NCBI GenBank assembly: GCA_951406725.2
Contig: OX597831.1
Span: forward strand, 47,926,001 to 47,990,000
Source of the DNA: Octopus vulgaris
Lineage: Eukaryota
DNA length: 64,000 nt
Reading direction: 5' to 3'
The position numbers and the translations under genes were made by a program. Of this stretch, positions 13,305-26,704 are shown piece by piece. Numbering within the stretch: position 1 is the first letter of the stretch; every line of letters starts with the position of its first letter. The notes beneath the pieces were generated by a model, which saw nothing but the letters and a program-made list of their open reading frames with translations, was not told the origin of the DNA and searched no databases.

Positions 13305-13812
13305 GGACGGTTCAACTGAGAATTGGCAAGCCAGAAGGCTGCACCAGGCTCCAATCTGATCTGGCAGTGTTTTTAAGGCTGGATGCCTTTCCTAATGCCA
13401 ACCACTCCAAGAGTGTAGTGGGTGCTTTTTACTTGCCACTGGCACAAGGGCCAGTCAGACAGTACTGGCATCCACCACGCTTGAATGGTGCTTTTTAGAT
13501 GCCACCAGCATGGGAGCCTGTCAGGCAGCACTGGCAACAACCGTGCTGGAATGGTGCATTTTACATGTCACAGGCATGGGATCAGTCAGCTGGCACTGGC
13601 ATTGACCACACTCAAATAGTGCCTTTTACATACCACAGGCTTGGGAGCCAGTCAGGCGGCACTGACAACAATCACGCTCAAATGGTGCTTTTTACTTGCC
13701 ACCAGCATGGGACCAGTAGGGTGGCACTGGCATCGACCTCACTCAAATAATGCTTTTTATGTGCCACCAGCATGGGTGCCAGTCAGGCAGCACTGTCATT
13801 GGCCATGACAAT
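13305..13812 (-). mobile_element. Family C with about 6 tandem units of 60-65 bp
   Basis: Repeated GGTGCTTTT..TGCCACC.GCATGGG..CCAGTCAGGC.GCACTGGC. Confidence 0.85.
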
Positions 13813-13857
13813 GTTATACAAAATTGAATTAAAGCTTTTTAAAAAAGTGAACATATA

Positions 13858-14027
13858 GGCACAGGAGTGGCTGTGTGGTAAGTAGCTTACCAACCACGTG
13901 ATTCCAGGTTCAGTCCCACTGCAGGACACCTTGGGCAAGTGTCTTCTACTATAGCCTTAGGCCGACCAAAACCTTGGTAGACAGAAATTAAAAGAAGACC
14001 ATCATATATATGTGTGTGAATATATAT

Positions 14028-14064
<37 letters not shown>

Positions 14065-14266
14065 TCCCCCCCACCAACATCGCTTGACAACCGATGCTGG
14101 TGTGTTTACGTCCCCATAACTTAGCGATTCGGTAAAAAGGGACCGATAGAATAAGTACTAGGCTTACAAAGAATAAGTCCTGGGGTCGATTTGCTTGACT
14201 AAAAAAAGGTGGTGTTCCAACATGGCCGCAATCAAATGACTGAAACAAGTAAAAGAATAAAAGAAT
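13858..14266 (+). mobile_element. SINE family A, full length
   Basis: Head GGCACAGGAGTGGCTGTGTGG to AAAAGAATAAAAGAAT tail. Confidence 0.9.
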
Positions 14267-14792
14267 ATTTAAATAGCATTCAAAGAAAACTTGGTATATA
14301 ATAACAATATATCTGAACTAAGAGTATGTTATATTCTGAGTGTATAAAAATTTAATAACTCTGTGAGACATTATCTGATAAATGTTGTTGAAGGTGTTTA
14401 ATAACATCTACTAAACATTTATTGAGAAGTATTGAATAGCTAATAGTCTCAAGAAATTAGCAGAATCTACAAAAACAATACTGGACTCAATTTTCAAGTG
14501 TTAAGCAAACAACATCTAAACAGAACACTAAAGAAAAATTCATTACATCTTTCTAACAATATATTAACTGAGTCAATATAGCTGCTCTATTCGGTAGATC
14601 TGAACTATGCAAGTTACAAACAATAACTTAATACTTTTTACCTCTTCATAAATAGACAATTATCCTAGATAAAAAAAGAAAACATCCAGCATGGCTGCAG
14701 CTTTGAAACTGAAACATTTAAAAATAGCTTTTAAATAGTATATATATATATATATATATATAAATGTGTATATATATATATATATATATATA

Positions 14793-15102
14793 TCATCATC
14801 ATCATCATCATCGTTTAACGTCCGTTTTCCGCGCTAGCACGGGTTGGACGGTTTGACCGGGGTCTGGGAAGCCAGGGGCTGCTCCAGGCTCCAGTCTGAT
14901 CTGGCAGAGTTTCTACGGCTGGATGCCCTTCCTAACGCCAACCACTCTGCGAGTGGAGTGGGTGCTTTTTACGTGCCACCTGCACAGGTCCCAGGGTGGG
15001 TCTGGCATCGATCACGATCGGTTCGAGCTTTTAACGTGCCAGCGGCACGGAAGACAGCCAAGGCGGCGCTGGCATCGGTCACGTTCGGATGGTGCTTTTT
15101 TG
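14793..15102 (-). mobile_element. Family C 3' part
   Basis: CATCATCGTTTAACGTCCG...GGATGCCCTTCCTAACGCCAACC. Confidence 0.85.
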
Positions 15103-15104
15103 GG

Positions 15105-15780
15105 GTGCAGGTAATATAGGGAAGCACCAGTGGGGAGGGTTGGGGCGAGGAACGATGACAGCTAGGGTTGATGCAGGTTCGTAGGAAATAAAACGTAGGA
15201 CTTCACGAGTGGGGGAAGGGACTGGAAGGAGATAGCCGGTTGAGGCAGTGACAGATTCAAAAACAGGAGGAAACGTAGGATAGGTGGGGGGGGGCTGATG
15301 AGCTGCAGCGCTAGCTGCTGTCTTGGTGGGGGGGTAACACACAGTGAAAGCATGTGAGGAGGAGGGGTAGGAGGGAGAGACACACATAATGGTGGTGAGG
15401 GAGGGCATATCCGGTGTAGATGGTGTGAACAGTGAGAACAGTGTTCACCGGTATTGGTGGTGGGGGTGGGAAAGGGCGGGCGCACCGCAAATGGTGAAGA
15501 TCGAATTAAAGGATTGAAGGTACTTTAGAGAAACGGGCGGGAATGGCGATGTTTTTAGGGTGGCATATAAATGTATAGGATGCCATGATAGATCGTTAGC
15601 TCCTACACGCATTTTTTTCTCTCCTTTTTTTCTCTCCATGTTTCTCTCTGTGTATCTTTCTGTCGAAGAACGTAGGCTCGAAACGTAAAAGACTTTTTCT
15701 ATTCCTGAGCGCTATACTAATACATTTGTTTGTTTGTACTCCACCTACCTTCATCTTTTGTTTATTTTCGTAAACTTTCC

Positions 15781-15783
<3 letters not shown>
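15105..15783. mobile_element. Probable PLE fragment: GC-rich body plus pLTR-like end with HHR
   Basis: 15584-15783 matches 38795-38970 in reverse; contains HHR motif; ends in (TA)n. Membership of 15105-15583 is inferred only. Confidence 0.55.
15655..15692 (+). ncRNA. Minimal type-I hammerhead ribozyme variant (CUGUCGA core)
   Basis: TCTTT-CTGTCGA-A-GAAC gtag GCTC-GAAAC-GTA-AAAGA: perfect 5-bp stem I, palindromic ACGU stem III, one stem II mismatch, A6 is U. Confidence 0.6.
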
Positions 15784-16757
<974 letters not shown>

Positions 16758-16827
16758 TACACACATGTACTTTAAGTCATGTGGAGCTGAGTCGGACAAT
16801 TATAAAAGAAACTTTTCAATGTATTTA

Positions 16828-17045
16828 TTCTTTTCTTTTTTTGTTTCGGTCATTTGACTGCGGCCATGCTGGAGCACCACCTCGACCCCAGGACTTATTT
16901 CTTAAGCCTAGCACTTATTCTATCAGTCGCTTTTGCCCGACCGCTATGTTATGGGGATGCAAACACACCAACACTGGTTGTCAAGTGGTGATGGAGGGAC
17001 AAACACAAGCACAAAGACACACAGACATAGATACACACACACACA
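16828..17045 (-). mobile_element. SINE family A, 3' half
   Basis: CATTTGACTGCGGCCATGCTGGAGCACC. Confidence 0.8.
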
Positions 17046-17066
17046 TGCAATGGTCTTCTTTCATCT

Positions 17067-17297
17067 TGTTTCTTTAATTCACATAAGGGGCTACACAGAG
17101 AGAAACAAACAAGGACAGACAAGCGGATTAAGTTGATTACATCGACTCCAGTGCATAACTGGTACTTATTTAATCGACCCCGAAAGAATGAAAGGCAAAG
17201 TCGACCTCGGCGGAATTTAAACTCAGAATATAGTGGTGGACAAAATACCACAAAGCATTTCGCTCAGCGTGCTAACGTTTCTACCAGCTCGCCGCCT
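17067..17297 (-). mobile_element. tRNA-derived SINE family D
   Basis: GGCGGCGAGCTGGTAGAAACGTTAGC head and GTCGACTTTGCCTTTCATTCTTTCGGGGTCGA core; copies at 33545, 33885, 42098, 62678. Confidence 0.85.
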
Positions 17298-17739
17298 TTT
17301 CTGCTGTCTGTCAGCTCAGCTTCTTTCATCTTCTGTCTATCAAATCCACTTACAAGGCCTAATAACATAGTAGAAGACACTTGTGCAGGCATAAAATTTC
17401 GCATATCTGTGCTCATGTTTTCAGTTGTTTATGTGCCATAACTTAGTGGTTCAATAAAAATACAGATCAATAAAACATGAACTAAGTTTTATAAATGAAA
17501 TTTTGTTGATATATGATTCACTATGTCATTGAAGGTGGCGGTGGTGGTGGTGGTGGTTGGCTCTGTATGGTTGCTGTCCAATAACTGAAACCAGTAAAAG
17601 AATAAATGACTATGTCTATATATATTATTTATACAATATTATAGGTTTTCTTTCTTAACAGCCATTTCAAGTTACCAAATGGTTTCATATTAAAAAACTG
17701 TCAGAACGTAGAAAAGTAAATTAAAATCATACAATTTAC

Positions 17740-17793
17740 CTTTCCACACTTGAAACATTTTTTAATATGGATCCACTTGGTAAAATGAATTGG
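17740..17793 (-). other. Candidate 54-nt exon
   Basis: tttgtttctttcataacag|CCAATT...GGAAAG|gtaaat; length divisible by 3; two open frames; no homology recognised. Confidence 0.25.
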
Positions 17794-17944
17794 CTGTTAT
17801 GAAAGAAACAAAATTTATTATAATGTATAAATAATCTGCCCATTTTATTACATAATATACAAGTGTCTTTTTCCTTTGTTAACTTATGAAAGCTTATAAG
17901 AAAATTATATATACACAATTTCGAGCTTTACAATAATATTACTT

Positions 17945-18830
17945 CCCTTCTGGTTGTGCCAGCAACAATAAGTTGCCAGATAATTGGACCAAACATAACA
18001 GAACAAGAATGAACAAACGTGCAAGGCAGAAGTGGATAAAGAACATGAATAAATGTGATTCATCTAACTCACTTTTATGTGTTTGAGTTGTACACCCTAG
18101 ATTATGACATATAACTGGCCAGAAAGTTGCCAGTTTTGTATCTACTATTGCACTGGGCAATATAGACAGCTTATCAGACACGCTGGTCAGAAGCATGTAG
18201 CTTCTTTACTGATGGTGGTAAATACTCAGTCTTGGTCAGTATGGGGATGAAAAATTGAAAGAAACAAAATCCTTTCTGAGAGAAAAAAGAGAATCACTTG
18301 ACCTTATACAATTTCGGCAGTGGCTGAAGTAGGTTAGCTGTGTCTTCATATATTTTTTTCTTGTTCTGTAGTACACAAATAGGGAAGATCAGATTTCCAA
18401 AATGATTTCAATAATATAAGGGCAGTGGCTAAAAATTTCACTTTTTGAATTCAAGAAGGTGCCTGGGTTGCACAGATGTTTTAGGATCAATGTCTCCTCA
18501 GCTAAGCAAAGTTTGCACCATCTGCTTCCATTGAGGTATGACTGATGTTGTTCCAGTAACTTTCAGTTAATGTTTTAGGTGTCCCTCCTCTTAATTACCA
18601 TATATAAAAAGCTAATGTTGTAACCTTGTGCTTCTCTGAGATCCTAAAGGAGGATCAGTGGTTATTTAGCCTAATCTTAAATGATCCCTCAATTGCGCAA
18701 ACATATTTCCATGTGTGTGTCATTTTGTTGTTGGACACCACCTCTGCTTTGTAAACCACAGCCTCAGTGTTCCACCACCCATTCACAAACCAGCTCTAGT
18801 ATGCAATACACAATAAAAAGAACTTGTCTA
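17945..18830 (-). mobile_element. Decayed PLE (Naiad-like) 3' end: GIY-YIG endonuclease plus 3'UTR
   Basis: Manual translation with stops/frameshift: EAVVYKAEV...KYVCAIEGSFKIRLNNH*SSFR...TTLAFYIW*L...SYLNGSRWCKLCLAEETLILKH...LNSKSEIFSHCPY. Confidence 0.8.
18107..18183 (-). ncRNA. Degenerate hammerhead ribozyme in PLE 3'UTR
   Basis: GCGTGT-CTGATAA-stem II (TGTCTA/TAGATA, TATTGC/GCAATA)-AAAAC-TGGC..GCCA-GTT-ATATGT; two core substitutions. Confidence 0.5.
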
Positions 18831-18980
18831 CATCATTGGATGCAAATGAAGTCACATATATTATATTTGATTTTTACTTCTCCAGAAGTTGGATGACTGT
18901 TGATTCTAATGATGTGTTCATCTACCCTTTGACAGATTTTGTTTCTCAGTGTTTTCAATGAAAACCACCCTCCTTAACAT

Positions 18981-19093
<113 letters not shown>

Positions 19094-19365
19094 GGAAAAA
19101 CAAATGTTATCTGTATTTCCCAAAAGCTTTTGTTAGGCTGAAAAATGGTATCTACATCATTTTATGGCAACTATATGCTTCCTTCAGTTTTATGGGTCGT
19201 TACAGTCAGAGCCAGTAAGGATCTGCAGTTATACCACTTCTAGATGAGTCAGAAGGCCATGCTTTGTTTGTATTCTTAATGGTGTTAGGATAAAAAATAT
19301 ATTTCTGTTTTAGGTAATCAGCCAGTCTCACTCTCTGGTCAAATCTCCCTCATATCACACATAAT

Positions 19366-19760
19366 GGATGGAATGGAAGCACTCCGTCGGTTTCGACGAT
19401 GAGGGTTCCGGTTGATCCGAATCAACGGAACTGCCCGCTCGTGAAATTAACGTGTAGGTGGCTGAGCACTCCACAGACCCGTGCACCCTTAACGTAGTTC
19501 TCAGGGATATTCAGCATGACACAGACAGTGACAAGGCCGGCCCCTTGAAATACAGGTACAACAGAAACAAGAAGTAAGAGTGAGAGAAAGTTGTGGTGAA
19601 AGAGTACAGCAAGGATCACCACCATCCCCTGCCGGAGCCTCGTGGAGCTTTTTAGGTGTTTTTGCTCAATAAACACTCACAACGCCCGGTCTGGGAATCG
19701 AAACCGCGATCCTATGACCGCGAGTCCGCTGCCCTAACCACTGGGCCATTGCGCCTCCAC
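19366..19760 (-). mobile_element. Young full-length tRNA-derived SINE, family B
   Basis: Head GTGGAGGCGCAATGGCCCAGTGGTTAGGGC...GTTTCGATTCCC; 13-bp TSD TATCACACATAAT (19353-65, 19761-73); highly similar to 26320-26704. Confidence 0.92.
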
Positions 19761-20469
19761 TATCACACATAATAATACTATGACAAAAGTACACATTGGA
19801 GAAAAATTTCACTAATGAACTGAAAAGAGAGGATATTTGTGCCTTTGATCAAAAGTGTGCTTGATCACGGATGACATGGGATTAAATAATGACAGCAACA
19901 ACAAAAAGCAAATATATCTGTTCAAATTCAACTAGCAGGCTCAAAAGTCAGATTTAATGAGAATTATATTTTGGAACAAAAAATCAGTGTGATGGCCACC
20001 ACTTCAAAACAAAACAAGACAAAAAAATATTTCCAAATCCAGATAGATTCTGTATTTTTACTGACAAAGTTAAACCTTTAGGAATTATGATGGTTAAGGA
20101 TAATTCAATGTGATGACTAGCATTAGGGAAAAGGAATGAAAAAGAACCATGGTTATATGTATCACACCAAATGCAGATGATTAAAAATTGAATCATTGAA
20201 AAGAAATCTCGCATATGAGTCAAGAGCAGAATATATAATGAGCAAACACGGAAGACGGGTTGTTTCTTCCTTTCAAAATAACATGTAAGGCCACATATGG
20301 TGATTAGAAAGCAAATCTGTATGAGATTAAACAAAGTAATGTAATTATCCTTGAGAAAATTCAATAGTTTTAATGATATGAAGTACAGCAGTTTAACTAA
20401 TTTTTGTTTTGCTTGATGGTTTCAGGAATTACACTGTGTAACACAATTTTTGTCCTTGGGCAGCAAATA

Positions 20470-20885
20470 TCATTTCCTATTTGCTCACCCCTAGAAAGTA
20501 TGAAAATTGGCTAATATTTTCTTTAAACTTTGCTTTTGTTACATTCATTCAAACCCCAAATAATCCTTCTCAACACATTATGATACTCCTCCACTATTCC
20601 TGCTCATGTTCAGAGATGCACATATTGTCAGTCACTAAGGGACATGCTCAACTGGTTAAGTTCAAGTAACTAACAATCAAATCTATGATATTGAGCAGAA
20701 TATTTGCTATGACGATATTTCTGTTTCAGCAACTCAGCTGTGAATCTGTCTGAAATGTAATAGAAAACAGGCCAGTTTCAAAACATTGATGTCCTTGTGA
20801 CAAAAGCAAAGTGTGAAGGGAATAGTAGTCATTTCCTTCGATTTCTAGGTAGAAGCAAATAGGAAATAACACATATTAACCAAAG
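20470..20885 (-). mobile_element. Family F repeat
   Basis: Reverse complement of 4535-4890. Confidence 0.65.
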
Positions 20886-21496
20886 ACAAATATATATGTA
20901 TACACAAACACACACACACACACATGCACACACAAATTTTGTTACGATATTATCAAAGAGCTTCTGTGACATATAAGATGTAATCTATGAAAGTCGGTCT
21001 CTGATCAAAAACCACATCATGTCCTTACACAAGAAAGTGCTAAGCAAAAAAAAAATTATTGATGTTTGTTGCTATCCTCTGTAATGAGATCCTCTTGTAC
21101 TGCTGTACTTTGAAAGATAAATAACAAAAAATCATTCACTTGAAAACTTGAACTGCTAAGGGATAGCTACTAGAAGGGCATCTGACAGTAAAACAATGCC
21201 TCAGTATTACCCCCAGCTGTATGTATGTGTGTATGTGTGAAGGTCGTTTCTGTGACTCTTTGCTTTGGCATTCCTTGGTAGCTGTAAAGGAGCATCCCTG
21301 TTGCACAAGTGGTGTCATTCGTTTCCAGTCTTCTGTGAAAACATGTCCGACCACTGAAAAATATTAACTTTCTTGAAAACAGGTTAGAATCGGTAGCCAG
21401 GAAAGTTATCTGGCTATAGAAAATCTCTCTCAAAGAATTTCATCTGAGCCACCCAAACACGGAAAAAAAAAAGTAGGTGTCAAAGCCATGATGGTT

Positions 21497-21532
<36 letters not shown>

Positions 21533-21597
21533 TTTATAATGATGATGATGTTTATGATGATGATGATGATGATGATTTAATCATTTAATCAGCCTAC

Positions 21598-21712
21598 CAT
21601 AATATAAAAACACCTGGCACTTTGCACCTCTGGCAGAGTCCATTTTGTGGCAAGAGTTCTGACCAGTTCTTTTGATCTGAAGCTAACTTTCTCACAATCA
21701 ATCTCAGTGATT
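21598..21712 (-). other. Candidate exon
   Basis: ccttttacag|AATCAC...ATTATG|gtaggc; two open frames in unique-looking sequence; no homology recognised. Confidence 0.2.
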
Positions 21713-22130
21713 CTGTAAAAGGTCACAAGTACTTCAATCTCCCAAGTAAAAACAAAAAAAAAGAAAGAAAAAGAAAAAAGAAAAGCAAAAACAGAAATAA
21801 AGTAAAAAAAAAAAAAAAGGTTGGGGTGGAACAAACCTCGACAAAAATAATTATCTTTCCTTCACTGAATCAATGCTTCATTAAAGATTCTTTCTGTTAA
21901 ACTTAATTGTCTGAACTTTAACCAAATCCTAGATATTTGAAGCATTATATAGTAGACACAGACTTGGATATTTAAGGCTTATTGCATATTGTTTGTGCAA
22001 GAGTACCTTATCTTTAGAGCACTGTTGTTGCACTGAGCTTATTGTCTTATCTTTAAGCTACATTGATATTGCCAAAGTTATTGATTCAAATTCTGTGTAA
22101 GAATTGATGTTCCAGATACTGCTTTTCCAT

Positions 22131-22266
22131 TTCTTCTTCTTCTTCTTCTTCTTCTTCTTCTTCTTCTTCTTCTTCTTCTTCTTCTTCTTCTTCTTCTTCT
22201 TCTTCTTCTTCTTCTTCTTCTTTTTCTTCTTCTTCTTCTTCTTCTTCTTCTTCTTCTTCTTCTTCT

Positions 22267-22306
<40 letters not shown>

Positions 22307-22335
22307 TATTTCTTTCTTTCTTTCTTTCTTTCTTT
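22131..22335. repeat. (CTT)n/(CTTT)n polypyrimidine microsatellite
   Basis: Direct reading. Confidence 0.97.
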
Positions 22336-22679
22336 ATTTACTCATTTTGAAGTCTGCAGCAAAAATTAATTTAAGCTTTTCCTGCATCCAGTGTAAATGG
22401 AAGGAGATAGTATTTAATCAGTTTTTATCAGTTTAGTTGAGAAAACCAACTTGTACACACAAATTCTATATTTCATTGTTTTACTGTTGCTGCTGCAGTT
22501 GTTGTTGTTGTTTTTCTTTTATCTACTTATTCAAATCATTCATTAACAACTTCACTGCCAGTCAACATCAATTTTGAATTTGTTGTTGTTGCTGTTGTTT
22601 AACCCCAGATCAGCTCTGATTAAGAAGATCTAGATGCAAACCCATTACATCTAAGACCAAAAACTCATTTAAAAAAATG

Positions 22680-22681
<2 letters not shown>

Positions 22682-22738
<57 letters not shown>

Positions 22739-22745
22739 GTTATTA
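22682..22745. repeat. (ATT)n microsatellite (tail/target of adjacent LINE)
   Basis: Direct reading. Confidence 0.95.
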
Positions 22746-23050
22746 TCGACCATTGCCTTTGCACAGCTTCTAACGCTAGAGATGTACTATGGTGTCAGCT
22801 GTTCACTACCAATGAACTAAGGTAACACCTCTTATTTTCCGAGCATCTTCCGGAGTATTCAAGCAGTTCCAAGCAATGCTGTTTTCTGCAAGTGCTCCAC
22901 CCTTATTGCAGCCCTTATTTGATCCACGCACTTCTCGAGATTTTTGCTCACTGTTCCCAGAGCTCCAATAATTATTGTTACTACTGCTACCTTTTGCATT
23001 GACCACAATTGCTTAACTTCCCAAGCTAACCTGTCATATCTCTCAACTTT
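22746..23050 (-). mobile_element. Second R4/Dong-type LINE 3' fragment (different family)
   Basis: KVERYDRLAWEVKQLW...IIIGALGTV...LQKTALLGTA; 3' end abuts (AAT)n. Confidence 0.8.
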
Positions 23051-23232
23051 GAAACGTGGAGTAGATAAAGCAAGAGCCAACTGATGATGGGAATGTTCTT
23101 TATGTTGCCTGTCTCATTTCTCTATTTGTTTGTTCCTTTCGTTGTTTGAAATAGTTCATTTTCTATGTTTTTGTTTTTAATATTCTCATTTCTCATTTTG
23201 TCTACGGTTTTTTTTTTATGTCCTGTACCCAT
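23051..23232 (+). mobile_element. Probable PLE 3'-end fragment
   Basis: AGTAGATAAA...AACTGATGA.GGGA.TGTTCTTTATGTTGCCTGTC...TCCTGTACCCATAT shared with 56905-57092. Confidence 0.5.
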
Positions 23233-23432
23233 ATATGCATGTATATATACATATATATGTAGCTATATTATCATCATCATTTAACGTCCGCTTTCCATGC
23301 TGGCATGGGTTGTACGATTTGACTAAGGACTGGCGGACCAGATGGTTGCACCAGGCTCCAATCTGATCTGGCAGATTATATGTATCTATATATGCATATG
23401 TTTATATATTATTTATATTATATATATAATAT

Positions 23433-23651
23433 ATCACCTTCACCTTGATCACCTTGACTGACCAGTCCGTCAGGCGTCCATTTGACAGCGCTGGTCACAG
23501 CACACTGTCCACTCCTCTCTGGATCGCGCCTTTCTTATCCACGTGATCCCAATCGTCCTCCTGAAATCGTAACTCCACCGTCGTGGAGGTCTTCTGGGTG
23601 GTCTTTTCCGCTCATGCGGGTACCACTCGACAACTGCATGCGTCCACCGAT

Positions 23652-23652
<1 letters not shown>
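23433..23652 (-). mobile_element. RTE-clade LINE 3' end
   Basis: RWTHAVVEWYPHERKRPPRRPPRRW...WIRKARSREEW; (AAGGTG)-like tail. Confidence 0.75.
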
Positions 23653-23683
<31 letters not shown>

Positions 23684-23985
23684 CCAAATCCACTCACAAG
23701 ACTTGGGTCAGCTTGAGGCTATAGTAGAAAACACTTGCCCAAAGACCCACACAGAGAGAATGAAATTGAAACCATGTGGTTGAGAAGCAAACTTCTTACC
23801 ACACAGCCACACCTGCACCTATAAACAAAATGACTTTGCAAAGTGTTGTTGATGTTGTTTAGCATCCTTTTGTGCCTTGTTTGTGTCAGGTTCGATGACA
23901 GATGGACCACATATACTATTAATTATAGGTTATATATGTGGCGTTCTTCCATTAATATATCAGCTCCAAAGTAAAGAAAAAAAAG

Positions 23986-24066
23986 TGGTGGTGGTGGTGG
24001 TGCTGATGGTCGTGGTGGTGGTGCTGATGGTCGTGGTGGTGGTGCTGATGGTCGTGGTGGTGCTGC
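23986..24066. repeat. 21-bp tandem repeat GTGGTGGTGGTGCTGATGGTC x3
   Basis: Direct reading. Confidence 0.85.
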
Positions 24067-25815
24067 TGATGCTACCACTTCTGCTGCTGCAGCTGTGGTT
24101 AAGGTGGTTGTTGTTTTCTGAAGTGATAGTAGTCTGGAAATAAAAGTGACTTAAATCTTATTTTCTCCCCGTGTAAGTGTTTGTCAGTGTGGACTTGAAT
24201 GTGATGATGTATGAAGAGATTTATCAATAAAGTCATTCAGATAATATCTATATCTATATCAATATACAGACAGAAGGAACTGCTTGGTGAAATTAATAGG
24301 TACTTGTCACTTTTTATGATGTGTTGTGTGTGTATATGTGTGTAAATGTGTGTGTGTGTGTATGTGCATATGCATTCATATATTTAGTTATTTGCTGTTA
24401 TATATACATATCCATTATCTGTACATATGAGTGTGTATCAATCTATCTATCTGTGTGTATGAATGCATGCTTGCATACACACATACACATGTGCACACTC
24501 ATATAATAATCACATATTTGTTTGTTCCTTGCTACTTATGTACGCCTGTAAATAGACACTTATATTAGCTTGTATGCATCTCTTTCTCTTCTCTCCCACT
24601 CTGCATATATATATGTGTGTGTGTGTGTGTGTGTTTGTGTGTGTATTTATGTGTTTGTGCGTGTGTGTGTGTAACATAATGTACTGTTCCGTGATAGATA
24701 ATTCAACTAAAATGTATACTGGTGAGAGATAAATATCATTTATTATATATGTGTGTGTGTGTATATATGCATATATTTGTGTGTGTATGTGTGCGTGTGT
24801 GTGCAAGTGTGTGTGTGTGCATGCACACGTGTGTGTGTATGGCATACATGTATATGGTATGTGTATGTGCCTACATGTATAATTTCATACTCTTTTCTTA
24901 CCGCCTCTCACCATGTACATATAGGAGTGTATGACAGGTCTTCTGCTGTATTATATTTCTATGCACATATATCATATCAAAAACTAATAATAAAAAAATT
25001 CTATTTCGTTTTTGTTTACAGGAATTATCATTGAACTCCTTTGAAATACAAGTGACACACTTTGATTTCGGATTCTTCTGAGGTATGTCAACCATTTCTA
25101 TTAGTATCAACTTTATGTCTGTCATCTGTTTGGGTTCATCTGTAAGAGTTCAAGAAAAATCAATGATGAATTTCATTTTTGTCTCAAAGTCATAATTCTT
25201 CAAAAACCAATTCCAGCATCACTGATTATATTGGTAAAGTCCTTGTGAAGCTCATCTTCATGTTGTTTTCCAGTTTAGAATTATGAATGAAATGCTCTCA
25301 ATTATTATAGCATTGCTGCAGATCAGTAAATATTAATGGTTGTTGATTAATTGCCATAAAAGGTTGTTGAGTGGTTTACATCAATGGTTAGTGCCAATAG
25401 TTACAAGGTTATTAATTTGTTACCATAAAGAGCTATAGACAAGTTAACATCAATGGTTATTGCCAATGGCTGAAGGGGTGGTTAGCATCAATGGTTGTAA
25501 ACTGGTAAAATGGTTGTTGATGTGTTACCATAAATAATCTCAGACTGGTAAACACAAATGGTTAGTACCAATGACTGTTGAGTGATAATGATGTGTTTAG
25601 TGTCAGTAGCAAATGTAGAGTGGTCATCTTTAGAGATTCTTTACTGAGGCTGCAGATAGACCAATTGTAGCAGGGTCAGTGGCAATCATTGTGAGGTGAC
25701 GGTCAGTGCATCTGGTTGGTTTGGGAGTGTTCTGTAAAAGTGGTTGACCATGGAATGGTGAAAATTAATAGTTGATTATGGTTGCTGTCATTGTTGTTGT
25801 TTAAATTGGATTTAA

Positions 25816-26037
25816 CCCTTTTGTTACCATATTTCTGTTGAGATGCTCTGTGTTTCTTTCAATTAATTTTAAATATAACAAAGAATTAGTAAAATAATTT
25901 AGTTTATCATTAAGCTAGTGTTAGGAACATAAATTGTGACTAAGGTTTGGTGGAAGATTTTAATTCAGAACTTTTGAAAATAAGACATTTGTACTATAGA
26001 GCCAGAGGTGGTTTCAGGCAGGTTGGAATCAAAAGGG
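25816..26037. mobile_element. piggyBac-type MITE
   Basis: TTAA TSDs (25812-15, 26038-41); TIRs CCCTTTTGTTACCA / TGGAATCAAAAGGG. Confidence 0.8.
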
Positions 26038-26319
26038 TTAAGTAGATCTATGGTCAATAGATATTTGAACAATGTCCATTACATTTCCTTTTCGATGACC
26101 GGTGTATTGCCAGAACACATTGTCCAGTATGTTATTTTTAATGATCATGTGGTAAAAAATTTGCTTACTAATCACATGATTCTGGGTTCAGTCCCACAGT
26201 GTGGCACCTTGGGCAAGTGTTTTCTTCTATAGACTCAGGCTGACCAACGCCCTGTGTGTGGATTTGGTGGATGGGAACTGAAAGAAGCCAATCATATATA
26301 TACAGATATATATGCATGT

Positions 26320-26704
26320 TGGAAGCACTCCGTTGGTTACGACGACGAGGGTTCCGGTTGATCCGAATCAACAGAACAGCCTGCTCGTGAAATTAACGTG
26401 TAAGTGGCTGAGCACTCCACAGACACGTGTACCCTTAACGTAGTTCTCGGGGATATTCAGCGTGACACAGAGAGTGACAAGGCCGGCCCTTTGAAATACA
26501 GGTACAACAGAAACAGGAAGGAAGAGTGAGAGAAAGTTGTGGTGAAAGTGTACAGCAAGGATCACCACCATCCCCTGCCGGAGCCTCGTGGAGCTTTAGG
26601 TGTTTTCGCTCAATAAACACTCACAACGCCCGGTCTGGGAATCGAAACCGCGATCCTATGACCGCGAGTCCGCTGCCCTAACCACTGGGCCATTGCGCCT
26701 CCAC
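26320..26704 (-). mobile_element. Young SINE family B inserted next to a family A fragment
   Basis: 11-bp TSD TATATGCATGT (26309-19, 26705-15). Confidence 0.92.

Noticed and set aside
10790-13812. Regularly spaced repeats resembling a CRISPR array
   Set aside because: Whole units are homologous (no unique spacers), they are part of a dispersed retroposon, and there are no cas genes in this eukaryotic context
15079-15485. Pro-rich minus-strand ORFs as a host gene
   Set aside because: No recognisable domain or splice structure; adjoins a PLE end and is probably decayed element sequence
25022-25082. Plus-strand exon with good splice sites (tttacag|...GAG|gtatgt)
   Set aside because: Stops in all three frames and no partner exons found; cannot be supported as coding
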